From the NCBI GenBank assembly GCA_043228905.1, contig JBHGNT010000012.1:868001-932000 (forward strand): a stretch of DNA of 64,000 bases, read 5' to 3'. The notes under the pieces were generated by a model. That model did no database searches, was not told the DNA's origin, and worked only from the letters and a program-made list of their open reading frames with translations. Source of the DNA: Azolla caroliniana. Taxonomy: Eukaryota > Plantae > Polypodiophyta. Every line of letters starts with the position of its first letter. Positions within the stretch are counted from its first letter, which is position 1. Both the position numbers and the translations under genes were made by a program. Positions 13,653-28,441 of this stretch are shown piece after piece.

Positions 13653-14219
13653 CTCTAATTATGCATTTTTTATTTTCATCAACATTGCTGCCATTTTCAT
13701 TATTCACGTCAGATGGGGTTCATGCTTGGCCCCCTTGTCATTATCATTTTCACTTTGTCATTGCTATTGTGTCACTATCCTTTTGTTTTTGTATTATGTT
13801 TTAGTTGGACTAGTTGAATTGTTTTTTTTTTACAAAAAAAAAATCCTTCCATTAGTCATAAAATTTTATATATGAGATTGTTATATACAAATCCCAATAG
13901 GGGCGTGATAGTTCCATCTTATGTGGAGGCCCACTGACTCAAGAAAGGGAGAGAACGACCATTGTTGGATGAAGGTTAATCATTGTCTTTCGACTCCATC
14001 ATATTGGCTCTTTAGAGTGGCTACAACTTCACTTCATATCTCCTACAATAACATTGGTTAATGCACGATTTGATTGGATAAGACCCATATACACCATTGT
14101 TTCTAGATAATCCAAAGAGCTATTGGGCTGATCAATTCCAACACAACTTGAGCTTTGGCAGTAATAGGAGTTGAGTGGATATTCTCGATTGTGGAAAACA
14201 AGATCTCATATGCCCTTAT

Positions 14220-14685
14220 CACCAATATCATCCCCTCCTCTTGATGTTCGTACTTTTCAACCGAACCAGAGGGTATGCCATGATAACCAACATATATCCT
14301 CCCACTTGATTGTGTCTTGCACATGGCATAATTGCAACCGAACCAGGGTATGCCATGTGCAAGACACAATCAAATGTTCGTACTTTTCAACCAAACCAGG
14401 GTATGCCATGATAACCAACATATCTCCCCCCACTTGATTGTGTCTTGCACATGGCATAATTGCAATAGGTAGCAAACCCCCCACCATATTTGATGGGTCT
14501 TTGGGCAATCCCACAGAGTTGGATTGACTCTGTTACATTTGGGCACACTACACAATTATCACCATTGACCAACATCATCCCCTCCTCTTGATGTTCATAC
14601 TCGTCAATTGGAGTTTGCCATGATAACCAATATATATTCCCGCACTTGATTGTGTCTTGCAATAGGTGGCATAATTGCAATAGGT
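14220..14685. repeat. Complex tandem/partial duplications of about 90-130 bp
   Basis: TGCCATGATAACCAA(C/T)ATAT..CCACTTGATTGTGTCTTGCA..GGCATAATTGCAA occurs three times. Confidence 0.8.
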
Positions 14686-15589
14686 GGTCAAAATTTTCCA
14701 TATTTTCATATTTTCCGCCAAAATTTGGTAATAACTGTATGGGGAACATTATATGTGTCCCATATATTTGTAGCAACTGGATCTCGAGCAATTTGAGGGG
14801 CGAGAATGTGGCGACCTAATCTAGTCGTGAATTGGAAGAAAGGGATGACTTTGCTTCCTTGACACACATAAGGATTGGGCCACATCCATTGCAAAGGGTC
14901 TTGGTAGACCTTACGTAGCTATGTATTTTCATGAGTACATGTGTCATTCTAGTTGTACTTTGATTGGATTGGGATCTACAATCCATTTAGGACATGTATA
15001 TACGAGTACTTGAATTGTCATGTTCGATGTTGATACCTCATTGTCTTGTAGTTCAGGACCTTGGATCTTGTCTACTGTTTCCCTACCTCTTGGGATCAAA
15101 GAGCCCTCCTCCTCATAGCCTACCTCTTGAATTGTTGTATTGCAAATCCAATCTTCTTTCCTTGGTCTCGCTCTTGATCATAATTGTAACTCAATCATTA
15201 GAGTGGGTGCATGTCCAATCGAACTTCAAGTTTTCCATATATATTTATTTGAATTGAATTCGAGTGAACAAGAGAGATTCATTTAAGATGAATGAAAATA
15301 TCATATTAAAGAAACATCATGTTATCTTCCATTACATGATTTTAACTTACAATTCCATTAAATTAAAATACCTTGTTGGTAACACATCAACACACATAAT
15401 CAAAAATGAAATGGAATGATGAAAATAAATACCATAGCCATGGAAAATATTAGTAATATGATTGTTATTAGGCGAACTGTCCACAATTTGGACCTTTTGA
15501 TGCAACAAATAGACTCTTTAGTGAAATATATATTCATAATGATGTAAATATTATCTTCCTTCTAACCAAGATTTAAATACGTGCAAGAG

Positions 15590-16051
15590 GATCTAGTGCG
15601 GCCCCCAGAGGAAGTGATCATGGACATATGGTTTGCGCTTATCAGTTGCCTACAAGGGCAATTGGACGAGGTTTGCAACCATTCCAATGACGTGGTTACT
15701 GCCCATTTGCGCTTTTGGCAGAAATGGCGGAACACGCCTATGGTGACACAAGGAGGAAGTAGCCTGAGGTGGAACTACCAACCCCCACGCTGGTTGTTTT
15801 CGTCTCACTTACCACCCTCCCTTCGTTGTCGACCCCAGGAGTTGTCTCGTACTAGCCATCACTAAAGGGCACCGTTTTTAGCTATAGGTGCTTACATTAA
15901 GTAGTCAATCCGAAAGGCGATGTAACTAGTCTCATTTTCTTGAACTTGATCGGGGGGAGATTCCTCAATCTATGTATAAGCCTCCTTGTACAATCTCTTT
16001 GTAATAATCCTTCCTAACTAATGGGAAAGTAGCTTCATTTTGGAAAAAAAA
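15590..16051 (+). mobile_element. 5'-truncated L1-type LINE with A-rich tail and 16-bp TSD
   Basis: TAAATA(C/G)GTGCAAGAG flanks the element at 15574-15589 and 16052-16067. An ORF2 C-terminus-like peptide (..RFWQKWRNTPMV..RWNYQPPRWLF) is followed by a 3' UTR and an A-run. Confidence 0.8.
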
Positions 16052-16483
16052 TAAATAGGTGCAAGAGATTCTCCTTAAAACCCCATTTTTTTGCCAGAAA
16101 TGCTTCTAGATTAAAAAATGGTTCTCTCTTTGTTTCTATCTTTAGATGCATGTATTTGACGAGTTTGCCTTTTATGCTCCCCAGAACACATCTTGGGCTT
16201 AATCCATAAGTTATAACTCCTTACATCACATTCTTTTGCTAAAATGATTGTCGTAGCCAAGTCCATCTTCAAAAGTCCTTTTGTGATTATCAATCCAATC
16301 ATATTTGATTCCGTTAATTGTGAACTTTTATCAAACAAGACATTTCATCCAACACATGGATGTGGTTTCACATCCACAAATTTCCCTACTTATCAACAAA
16401 CCAATCAATGTATAGGAGTTCTATACAAATTCCAATATTAGTGTTTTTTAAACAATAAACACAGGTTTATACCCTTAACCCTT

Positions 16484-16983
16484 GTGCAATCTATTATTGG
16501 TTATTGGTGTACTTCACATGTTTCCACAAGTCTTTCATGGTTTTACATTATTCGAGACCACACTGATTGTTTCTCCTAATTCTAAATTCACAAAATTTCT
16601 TTTCGATAAACCATGGGTTGTGAAGACAATAAAATTGATTGACTTAGGCATACTAAAAAACATCTAGGCCAAGCGCATTGGCAATGCAAAAGAATTATTA
16701 ATTAATGTGGTAGGAGGTCTCAATGTAATGCAAGTGCAATCTATTATTGGTTATTGGTGTACTTCACATGTTTCCACAAGTCTTTCATGGTTTTACATTA
16801 TTCGAGACCACACTGATTGTTTCTCCTAATTCTAAATTCACAAAATTTCTTTTCGATAAACCATGGGTTGTGAAGACAATAAAATTGATTGACTTAGGCA
16901 TACTAAAAAACATCTAGGCCAAGCGCATTGGCAATGCAAAAGAATTATTAATTAATGTGGTAGGAGGTCTCAATGTAATGCAA
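16484..16983. repeat. Near-perfect 250-bp tandem duplication
   Basis: 16484-16733 is repeated at 16734-16983. A further duplication of about 29 bp lies at 16969-16997/17013-17041. Confidence 0.95.
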
Positions 16984-17716
16984 TGGTTTGACACACATCT
17001 GGTTATAACCTCCTCAATGTAATGCAATGGTTTGACACACATTATAGTTATAATATCATTCTCTAAACTATTGTTATGTAGTTCCTCTGAGATGAATCAG
17101 CAAGTGAGAAGTGGCAATTTGGTTGATTCCCCAAACCAAATGCAAAACAATCACAGCCATAACTGAGGCCTCTGTCCGGGTTTGAATAGCTTGCTTGTTT
17201 GTGGATTGGTCATAATGCTGATGGAAAAAAAATTCCCAAAGTTGGAGTGAGTTTCAGGCTTTATGAAGCATCCTTGTAACAAGGGGCTTTAGGAGGAAAA
17301 AACTATGTTTAAGGGGAATGAAGAAAGCAACAAAAACAAATGTAAGATGATTATTCAATCTAGGTCCTTGTATCCTAAGGAGAAAATATTCAAAGGAGAA
17401 TTTGGATGGCCCAAGTGGAGAAAGGTGTGAACCATTTGAATGTGAGTTCATCAATATTGGTGGTACCATTTTTAAGATTCTTACATTTGCTCCAACACAA
17501 ATAGAAAAGGTGACACCTTGTAGATGCAAATAATGTTGCGTTAAGAGCACGTAGATGAAGAGACCTCCAATACGAACAGATTTTTTTTTCCCCGCAAAAA
17601 ATTGTATGATAGAATTGAATCTAGATTTGTGATGCAAGTTACTAAAATGAGCAAATTATATATACTTTCAGTGAATAAATGCAAATATGGCACAAAGTAC
17701 CTTAAGGAAATGGTTG

Positions 17717-20700
17717 TCAGTAACCATTGACAAGAAAAGATGGTAACCTTGCCTCAATAATGGCAAGAAGGTCTTCTTTATTGAATCCTTCTATCTCTTT
17801 TGCAGAGTAATCTTTCCCTCCGAGTCGTATTGCGGCCTCCACAAGTTGACCCCGAAGCCATTGAGAGAGGAGAACCCCAGAGCTCCCCACACATTGCTTG
17901 TATAGGGGGAAATAGGCTATAGTAACTTGCAATTGTAAAGGAAGCTCTAGAAGACGAAGAGCTGATGTGCCTCTCTTAATAGCTCTCATCGTGTTTGTAT
18001 GATGAGCTTCACCCACCAACCGGCCCAACACAAAAGCTTCGTCCGACCATTCGGCTTTGAAGAATGACTTCAACTCAGTTGATATTGATTCATCGTCAAG
18101 CTTCGACATACTATCGGCAACCGCATAAGTCGCCTCAGAGTTTTTCAGGAAATCTGATCGGAGAAGAAATGCGATTCCTTCAGAGCAGCCCGAGCTTCGC
18201 TCTCCTGCAGCTTTCAGAATGTCAAGGCTCAATGCATGTAGCACGTGAAGAGGAATCTCTTTGAGAAGGTACTCTGACACGATGATTCTACTGCTTGATG
18301 CGGCGGCCGTGAGAGCTAGGCAAAGCTCCATCTCTCTACATCCCCTCTCAACAAACCATTTCACAACTTGCATACAGCCTCTATCTGCGGCTCGCATCAA
18401 AGGACCCAAGAATGCATTTGTGTTACCATCGATAACCAGACACTCCATTGTCCCTATCTTGCAATAGTGAGACGCAAATCCCAATGCCAGATCCACATCC
18501 ACTTCAATACCATTCCGTTGAGCTATCTGAATCACATGAATGACAGCTAAGTTTTGGAATTCCATAGTATCATTTATAAGTCTAACTAACTTTCAATATA
18601 GCAGGATACAGTACCTATCATTTAGAAAAGCCAAAATGGTATCATTCATAAATCTAAAATAGCTTTGTGATTCTGATGGTGAAATATCATTTATAAATAT
18701 AACAAGGATTCATTTTCGAAGTTTATAATATACATCCAAAGTGCACATATGTTCTGGATTCCAAGGATACAGTATCTTTACTAAATCTAATTAAATATGA
18801 GATTCCATAACCTCGATTACCATTGTGTTCATAGATTTAAAAAGGTTCAGGTTCAGATAGCATACTATATAGCAACTTCTTAATTAGGATTATAACCCAT
18901 TAGTCAGAAGTTCTAGTATAAATAAAGCTTGTCCATCCAAGAGAAACTTGACTGTATTTAGTGTTTGACTTATTATGAACCAATCAAAGAGAAATTTAAG
19001 CACACCCAGATACTAGGAAAAAAAGTGTCATGGAAGAAAAACAAAAAGCTTAGGACAGGCACAGTTTTTAGCATACATGAAACATACACATACATGTTGG
19101 ATGTATATTTCAAGGTCTCAGACAGAAACATACACAGGTAAAATAAATAGTACTCAACAACAGTAAAACAGATGAAATTATGAGACACACAGCTAGTACA
19201 AAGTAAGAATCTGTGATAGAAAGACTGAGAGATAACACAAGGGCCATTTACACAAACTCTATACCCTAAAGGGAGAATCCAAGTTCCTGTAGAGCCAAAT
19301 GGCCAGGATACTCACGGTAAGTATTGCCTCATGATGTGGTCATCACTCTCAAGAAAATCCTCATCACAAGTTTTCAGCTCTCCAACATACAAACATTATG
19401 GGAGAGTTCTTCTGTTCTGATGTTTACCATGGTGAGCTATGTGGACAAGCTCTAATGGAAAACTAAACTCAACTTCAGACATAAATGCAAGTAAACAATT
19501 AGGGAAACATTGCCTGACCTTCAAGTCCATCACATAAACCTCAAGACTATGCTTAGAAACTGAAGATGGTGTAGTGAACAATAGAATAGTCCTCAAACGA
19601 AGAAGGAATTTACTTAGGCTAAAAGCCAAAGTCGCTCTTGTTTTGAAACCTACAGAAGTTTAATTACTTCAAGAAAGCTTGAATATGCTGCACAAAATCC
19701 AGGTCAAAACATATCTACAGGTTTATATACCCACGTATATGAGTTAAATGCACAAGCTTCCTTGCTATGTAACCGAACAAGACAATCAAAATGGGTTACA
19801 GAACTTCCCCACATATACACTTGCCTTGAAATTCCGAATAAAGTGTGCCTTCACATTTCACAACATACTACAACAAACCTTGCTCCTGCCTCAAGCATAA
19901 ACACTAATTATGCAAAGAGTATGTACAAAAATAGGTCATTTATGTATCCAATGCACTCAAGAATGAAGAAAAGTATCTGTCAAAACATTAATGCTCATAG
20001 GACATGCATAAAAGGCAAGCACAACAACACATAACATTAAAAAAAATCACTGAAGAAAAAATAAACATTAATGAATTCGTGTATATATATATATATTATT
20101 GATTTTTTAGGATGTGTTACCTGAAGTAGAATGCGAACCAATTCGGTGCTGCCAAATCTTGCTGCCTCCAGGAAGCACTGATTCACGTTATCAGCTCCCC
20201 CCTCGACAAGCATCCCTAATAAACCTTGCATGGCACTTGCAGCAATACCAGAGGCCCACCCAGAATCAATAGCAGTGGAAAACAGAGTAAGTGGAAAGCA
20301 TGCTGCATCAAATGCCTCAGTGTAATCCTTTGCACTAAGACGGTCCCCAGCCAATTCTAAAAACCTCTTGAAAGCTTTGAGCTGGAGCTGAGATTCTATT
20401 GAAGAACTATAGGCAGCTATTTCTTCCCCTCCGATTCCTCGTTTTCTTGCACGCGAGTGTGAACCGATGCATTTTAATGCCCATTCTGTAAACCTCTGCA
20501 CCTTGATAGCTGCTTCTGCTTTAAGCATCTCATCCACACTGCATTCTTGAAGTCTTTCTCTCAATCTGAGGCACATATCAGAAGCTACCTCAACAAAGAC
20601 AGAAAGCATTACCTATTTAGGGGGTGGGAACTCTCTTATCATATAACCAGTAATAATTAAACACATTTAGTGGAGCAAACAATAGAAAAGCTAGAGATAT

Positions 20701-22009
20701 GTCTCACTTTTCCAGCTGTGCTCCCCGCTGCTCGGCCTCAGGTCAGGGGGTACAGCAGGGTAGGTGATACACAACTCTAGTTTCTCTCTTGTTTACACTG
20801 TTGTATGTTAGTGGAGCAAACAATAGAGAAGCTAGAGATATGTCTCACTTTTACAGCTGTGCTCCCTGCTGCTCAGCCTCAGGTCAGGGGGTACAGCAGG
20901 GTAGGTGATACACAACTCTAGTTTCTCTCTTGTTTACACTGTTGTATGTTAACCAACCAAAAAACAAACAATTTTCTAGCTTCTCTAAATCATAGCTAAT
21001 CCTGTTATTAGAAGAGACTATCCTAATACTACCTTATGACCAACAGGGAAATGAGCATGTTACTAGCATCTCTTAGCCACTAAATGCGGTTCATTATAGC
21101 TAAATTATATGAGGAAAGCTCCTCCTAAACATAACCCAACATTCAGATGGAAAACAAGCACAAGTCTAGCTTCTCTCTCTTTAATGCTGATTACATTTAA
21201 TTATTATTATGTTAGGTGAGATAGTCCTAGCATTGTGATTGATGCTCAAACAAACTTGATTATCGCATCTCTCCTCTTTACAACTGATTGTATTTACTTA
21301 TTGTTAATTGTGTGACTAAGTATCATCTGACGATCAACAAGAAGGCAAGACGAAATTACAACCTTTTGTCAAATACTAACCTTTGGGCCATGACCGTGAC
21401 AGTGTCTGCAAGGCTCATGGTTCGACTCCGACAAGCCGAGACACATGATGCAAGAAAAGAGGTTCGAAGAGCTGCCCTTGTGAAATCATGTGCTCCTGCT
21501 TCAACCAACTTCTCAATAAGCCTTGTTGCCCCCTTTAACTCCTCATGAGTACACAAGAACCATACTGAATCAAGTGTGATACAAAGCCCATCATTCAGTC
21601 TTTGCAAATCAGCCAATGGAATCAAACTCTCGGCGAGATTCCAATCATGAGATCCTACTGCAAGCTGAAAAGATCGTCCAATCTCGATCTTGTCTCTCCT
21701 ATGTTCATACCTTCTTGAACTTCCTCTCTCTCTTGATCTTCCTTTCATAGTTCGACATTTCCCTAAATTTGCTTGCTCTTGGGTTTCATCATGTGAATAC
21801 CATACCTCTTCATTCGATCTTATATGGACTGATCGGGTTCTATATGTAGAGCCCACATCTTCTTCGTCTATCATATCGACTAGAGATTCATCAGCTGAAT
21901 GTTCAGAACCAAAGCTAGTTGTACACTCACAGTGTGAACTTAGTTGGCATTCAATACTCTTAACCACTGATGAAGCTTCATCTTCTTCCATAGCTATGGC
22001 CTCATCCAT
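17717..22009 (-). CDS. SKIP35: Ankyrin repeat protein SKIP35-like, 3 coding exons, about 627 aa
   Basis: Exons 22009-21381, 20565-20121 and 18526-17717 join in phase at GT-AG sites. Conserved text: GAHDFTRAALRTSFLASCVSACRSRTMSLADTVTVMAQR|LRERLQEC..LVEGGADNVNQCFLEAARFGSTELVRILLQ|IAQRN..DVDLALGFASHYCKIGTMECLV. Confidence 0.92.
20667..20951. repeat. Intronic tandem duplication of about 141 bp
   Basis: TTAGTGGAGCAAACAATAGA...TGTTGTATGTT starts at 20667 and 20808. Confidence 0.92.
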
Positions 22010-22459
22010 GGCTTCTCAGAATTATATGCTACTATATATATGTATATGTTTATGCATAAACATATACGTATATATATTTAGAATAGCGATCTTTATCTGA
22101 TAGAAACAAGAAAATTATATAGCAAAAGAAACCAAAATCAGATCAAAACCTGCAGAATGAGTCTCTGCGAAATGGAAAAGAGCTTACTTCTGAGGAACTA
22201 GGAGATCGACCGTTCCTCCTCCGTTCTTCGTTCTTCGTTCTTCTTTCCTTTTCTTTTCTTTGAGAAATCCTTGTCTTTTGATCGGCAAATCCAAGCCTTT
22301 TTCGGAGAGAAGGGCAGGAACTGATATAGAAGTAAAGAATGGGTGAGGTAAAGGGGAGATCGAAGCTATGGCGATGGGGTGAGTTAGTCTGTGTATTTCA
22401 GGAAGAAGAAGCAGAAGATGGGCAGCTTCAAACAGAATAGCCACAATAGAGTATGAGTA

Positions 22460-22585
22460 CTCTCTCTCTCTCTCTCTATGGACATCTATGTGATGTCCAT
22501 GACCATGACCATCTATGTGATGTCCATGGACCATGACCATGACCATCTATGTGATGTCCATGACCATGACCATGATGGCCATGAT
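22460..22585. repeat. (CT)n plus CCATGA/CATCTATGTGATGTCCAT minisatellite upstream of the SKIP35-like gene
   Basis: Three copies of CATCTATGTGATGTCCAT interleaved with (CCATGA)n. Confidence 0.85.
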
Positions 22586-22709
22586 CTCATGTCTATTTGC
22601 TACCAAATCATAAAGAGGCCTTTTGAGGGAATCGCAGCCACGAACAATGCAGGGTGCATTTCGAAAGTCTCGCGTCATCTGCGTTGTCAAGTCCCGATCC
22701 ACAAAAAAC

Positions 22710-22990
22710 TAACTCGGCTCTGATCAGCCTCTATCACGATGATCCCGGGCAGTTGGAATTTCGAACCAGGCTTTTGTCTAGCATGTGACACGTCTATCTA
22801 ACCTAGCTCTGACCAGCCTTTGTCACATCAATCCTGTGCAATTGGAATTTCTAACCAGGCTCTGTCCAACCTCCGTCATGTCTATCTAACTTGGCTCTAT
22901 CCCTGTGTCTGTCATGTCTAACCAGGATTTGTCCAACCTCTATCACGTCTAACCTGGCTCGGTTCTTGCCTCTGTCATGTCTAACTCGAT
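22710..22990. repeat. Degenerate short tandem motif array (CTAACC(T/A)GGCTCT..TC(A/G)CGTCTA), possibly transposon subterminal repeats
   Basis: Repeated CTAACCAGG/CTAACCTGGCTC/TCATGTCTA words, followed by an A-rich AGCCACCAT/AAAA array to about 23520. Confidence 0.5.
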
Positions 22991-24514
22991 CGAAAGTTGC
23001 TAACTTTACTGTCTTTTTTCTAACCCCGCTACCCCCCCCCCCCCCCACCCAAAGTTTGAAACCCGACCACCTGCATCTAACCCGGCTCAAATTTTTGAAG
23101 AGACCAAAAACTTCTAAGATCGTCCAAAAAATTCAAAAACATATTCAAAGATCAAAATATCCGAGTTTTAGGTATAAAAACTCTAGTCACCAAAAACTTA
23201 TGCCATCACCGAATGTAAACGAAAGGTCAAAGATCATTGCAGACGCCTAACCTTCTTAGATTTCATCCACCATAAAAAATTTAGCCACCATTTTTTATTT
23301 TTTGAAGAGACTAAAAACTTCAAAGATCACAAAATTTCAGTCACCAAAATCTTCAAAGGTCATACATTTATGCAAAACCAAAAACTTCAAAAAACATGAG
23401 AAACCAATATTCCAATAATCCAAATTTTCATATTTCAGCATCCATAAAAATTCTAAGCCACCATAAATATTTCAGCCACAAAAAATATTGCAGCCCTAAA
23501 AAATTTAGCCACCATAAAAAAAGTTTGATCATACATATTCAACCTTAAAAATCAAAGGATGTAAACAATAAGTTAGAGATCATATCTCTTGTTCAGAGGA
23601 TGGCCTGAGTTGGCAGATCCGTTGATAGAGGTGGTTTCTTTTAACAACACTTACTTTGGGCAACAAGTTTGAATCCATGTTGTTTTAGCATGGAAATGAC
23701 ACAATTAAACATGGTAATGTGTTTGTGTGATGTTTTGCCATTTGCAACAATCCAACTTTGATGGTCTTGAGCAATAACATTAGTTATGACATTCTATTCT
23801 ATCCAAGATTTATCAATTACTATGTCATTTGGCCTCACACTTAGCATCCTTGCAAATATAACTTTCAAGCAAGTTTCCAATGCTATTTTCTCTTGATTTG
23901 AGCCCTGGTTAACTACAAATCTATACCATAGTGGGATCCCGATTCCATGGTGTTTGTGCAACTGTTGCATTTAACAAAAGTTGAAATTGATTTGTACATT
24001 TGCGACAATTGCCCACATATTTCCAAGTTCCAACATCAATTGATCTTGAAGTATTAAGATAAATGGTTGTAGGGTTAGATATCCATTTGGACAAGGCAAG
24101 TATTGTTAAACATGTGTCACTTTCCTTTGCTCTTTAAGTGCAAAGGCATCTTGCATCATCGAAGACCAATCACCTTTCGACAATGCACTTCTTATTTTTA
24201 GCTTATTGTTCATATTATGCACCTCCCTCAATATCATAAGGAATCTAAAAGAAACAAATTCTAATGGACTAGCCTTAGATTTGTGAAATGGGTTTCTTCA
24301 CATGGTCATCTTGTCAACATGCCTTGCACACCCAACATCAAATAAATCATATTTGCAACAACTTATTATATTAGGATCTAGGCCAGAAATGATACACATA
24401 AGGTCTCATTCTTGGGACATAACGACTATGGCAATTGTATACATAAATGCTCACAATCCCATGTTTAACCCCTTCATTCACTCTTATTGTTAGGATCACG
24501 AGATTTATTTATAT

Positions 24515-24538
24515 GTATGTATATATATATATATATAT

Positions 24539-24626
<88 letters not shown>
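24515..24626. repeat. (TA)n(GA)n microsatellite
   Basis: Directly visible. Confidence 0.95.
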
Positions 24627-24629
<3 letters not shown>

Positions 24630-24809
24630 GATAGGATGGAAATATATTATAAAAAAGGAAGAGCACAAAAATAGGAATAACTTTGAGGCTTAAGACTGGT
24701 TTGAACTAATTTGATATTTTTGGAGCATTATAATAGTTATCTTAACAGTAAGCCTTTGACACGTGTATCGTAAGTTCAAATCTTTTTTGGGTCAATATGT
24801 GCATGTTAT

Positions 24810-27222
24810 CATGACACTATCCCCCTCTTTGAATGAAGAGTATTAGGAGTTGTCATTGGTGAAGGACTTGGTTTGTTTGGGTATTGTTGATGAAATTCCT
24901 CAACAAGGGTTCAAGAATTTGCAATATTCTCCACCAATTCCCAAGTGCGGTCACTCAAAGTATAGCCTAGCAAATCCACCAAATAATATAGCTTGTTGTG
25001 AAGAATCTTGCAATCAAGAATGGCGACAACTTCGTACTTTGATCTTCAAGTTCAACAAGAGGTAGAGGTTGTATAGTACAATTTGGAATATAACTTATCT
25101 GACATGATTATAAAATAGAAATATGAAATATTGGATGTAATCGTAAGTGTGGGGGCAGATCAAGGTGAAAACTTACATCATTGATTTTTCCATTAATGAA
25201 AAAGGGCCTAACCGTTGATAACCCAATTTGGCACATGACTTAATAGACTTTATATGACGTTGTAATAACAATACTTGATCTCCAACTTGAAAAGTGGACA
25301 GAACCAGATGTTGATTTGCATCAACTTTGTGTGTTACTTGAGCTTCCTATAGATGATTTGAAAGTTCCGCTTGAATCTATCGTAGTCAATCTAAATGATC
25401 TTGAGCACAAGGATTTAGGAGCTTCAAATAAACACCATCGAGGATGATAACCTATGTATGCATAAAATGGTGTAACCCTAGTAAAGGAATGTATAGAATT
25501 ATTGTAATATGCAAATTCGGCGAAATCTAATATATCAACCCAATCGTCTCGTTGATAACTAATGAATCATCGAAGGTACTGCTCCAATATTTGATTTCTA
25601 CGCCCTATTTGGCCATTAGTTTATGGATGATAAACTGAGGAGAGTTTGTAGGAGACTTTAGAGCATTGTGAAGAGATGCTTTGAAATTTTAGACATAAAC
25701 TGTGGTCCATGATCACTGATGATGTTCTTTGGAAGCCCGTAGAAATATTTCACACATAACTAGATTTGTTGTTTCCTCAATAGTGATATATTTAGCGCAT
25801 GACAATAAATGTGTCATTTTAGTATATCACTCAACTACTGGTAAGGTAGCATGGAACCCCTTACAATGTGGAAAATCTATAATAAAACCTAAAGACATAG
25901 GTTGTCATGATTTGCTTGGAATTGGTAACAGTTGCAATAAACCATATGGATGATGTCAAGCATCATTTCTCTGCAACATATATCACATGTGCGAACATAA
26001 TCTTCGACAAATTTATGTAGATGAGGCCACCAAAATGATTGTGTTAGCAAATCCAAGATTTTATTGATACCAAAATACCCAATGTATATGTATCATGGCA
26101 AATTTGTATGACTTGGAGGCGATATGATCCATTTGGAACATAAAGAAGATTTTTGAAGAAGAGTAATCCATCATGCCACTTGAATTGCGTAAAATCTGTA
26201 TAGGAATGTTGTGACTGAGAGCAACATATATGACTTGGAACAATATGATCTAAGGTTTCTTGAGCGAACACATTTGTCTTGAGATTATGATGAATAGTAT
26301 CAATAATACTTGAATCTAGTAAATTATCAAAGACTGTGGTTGTTTGACCCCGTGCAAGACCTAGGGTTATTTGTTTTTTTATTGAAGGTCGGATCACCAA
26401 AACAAAGGTGCTAAATACGAATGTAATGATAATGCACATGCTTTCCCTTGTTGTTTTCCTGGACGGAAGGTAATCTTGAAATCAAAATGAGTAAGGAATT
26501 GTGCCCATCGATCCTATCTCGTGTTTAGTACACGAGCACTACGGAAATAGGTGAGGTTTTTGTGATAAGTGAATACAATTATTTGACGAGGAGAGCCTTC
26601 TAAGAAATGTGGGCATTGTTCAAAGGAATTAACTATAGATAATAGCTCCTTATCATGTACCTCATATTTTATCTCAATAGTATTAAATTTGCGCAAATTG
26701 AAAGCCACTAGGTGTAGCTTCCCATCATCACCTTGTTGTGACAAAATGCTACCAAGTGTAAAATCTAGTGCATCTACTTAAAAAATAAATGGTTTTTGCG
26801 GATCAATACGAGTTTAGATAGGGGTGAATGTAAAGGTCTTCTTAAGATCCAAAAAACCCTTATCTCCATCAGTAGTCCAAACAAATGATTGATTATTCCT
26901 TCTATGTGTGAGAGGCATAATAACTTTTGAGTAATCTTGTATGAATTTGCCATAGAAATTTGCAAATCCTAGAAAACATTGCACATCTCTCATAGATTAT
27001 GGAGTTTTCCAATTCAACATTGTTTGGACTTTAATTGGATCCATGGAGATTCTCTTAGAGGAGATGATGTTGCCTACGAATTCCACTTGTTTGCAATCAA
27101 AACTGTAGTTCTCCAATCTTGCATAAAGGTCATATTCTCGTAGTTGTTTTAGTACTTGAAGAACATGAGAATCATGCTCCTGTTGTGTTTTTCAATCAAT
27201 CAATAAATCATCCAAATATATT
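24810..27222 (-). mobile_element. Degenerate chromoviral Ty3/gypsy (Tcn1-like) pol: RT end, RNase H, integrase, chromodomain, PPT
   Basis: Minus strand has YLDD at about 27210-27220, RNase H YEVHDKELLSIVNSFEQCPHFLEG, integrase remnants, a chromodomain (KYEVVAILDCKILHNKLYYLVDLLGYTLSDRTWE) and a PPT (AGAGGGGGA) before TGTCATGA. Many stops. Confidence 0.88.
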
Positions 27223-27508
27223 TGTTGAGAATCAAACTCAACTTCCCTAGTGTGGGAACACACCTTGGGAATACCCAATTATGTGAACATCCCACCTCTT
27301 TGTATCATAACTAATGTGTCATAGAAGTTTAGTCCTATAACACATATTTAGTAAGTAGTTAAGACCCCACCTCTTTCCCAAGAGACAGTTCTAATGAGAG
27401 AACTTAGAGAGAATGTGACTACATAAGCACCTTCTCATTCTCTTTGTAACGTTGGTTAATTCTTGCTTCTTGTTAATACAATTTTCTTGTTTTTTGTAAA
27501 CATTGTGT

Positions 27509-27575
<67 letters not shown>

Positions 27576-28441
27576 ACACACCACACACACACACACACAC
27601 ATTTCTTCCGTTGCACAGAATCACTCCCGATTCTGTACATAGTATCAGAGTGCTTGGTAGCTTGATCCAAGTCCAATGTGTGTCATGCCTAACCCCACGT
27701 TCACGAAGAGCCAGTCGATTGTTGTAGCAACAACGTGCATAGTTCGTATCACAAAGAAGAAGAACATTCGACATCAATACTCAGATGGGACACGCCCTTC
27801 CCACTAAGAAACTCGACAGAAACAACTTCACATATTGGGAGTACAACATGCACCAATACCTTGTCGGCCAAGGCTATTGGAGTTATGTCAAACGAGCACA
27901 AGAAAATCAACCCAACCCAGCACATGTTGACCACCCAGCTTGGGAGCAAGCGACGAGTCACGTGCTGCACTGCCTTGCATCATGCGTTCATGATCATATG
28001 CTTCGCTACATTTGAGAGGCCAAAATGTCAAAAGAGGCATGGGGGAACCTCAAAAAGATATTCGCGGCCAACACAACTACATGAAAGCTTCAACTTCACC
28101 AAGAGTTGAACATCATACAACAACGGGATATGTCAATCAGTAGCTACACCTTGAAGATCAAGGAGATGTGCGACTCCCTCGGTCGATCAATGTCAACATG
28201 ACGAAGAAATGGTGCAGATATGCCTCGAAGGCCTACCACCTCGGTTCGGTGCGATACAGTCAACAATCCTTGCGACGAAGAATCCTCCCTCCTTCTTCGA
28301 TCTCCAGTCAATGCTATTGGTTGAAGAAAACCACATTCGAACAAGAGGCAACAAATCAGGCAGACAAATGCTCTACACGAGTTCGGATGGAGGGAGAGGG
28401 CGGGGTCATGGAAGAAGAGGCCGATTCGGGCAAGCCGATGT

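Noticed and set aside
22184-22723. His/Asp-rich ORFs upstream of the SKIP35-like gene
   Set aside because: They arise from the CCATGA minisatellite and (CT)n tract in UTR/promoter sequence.
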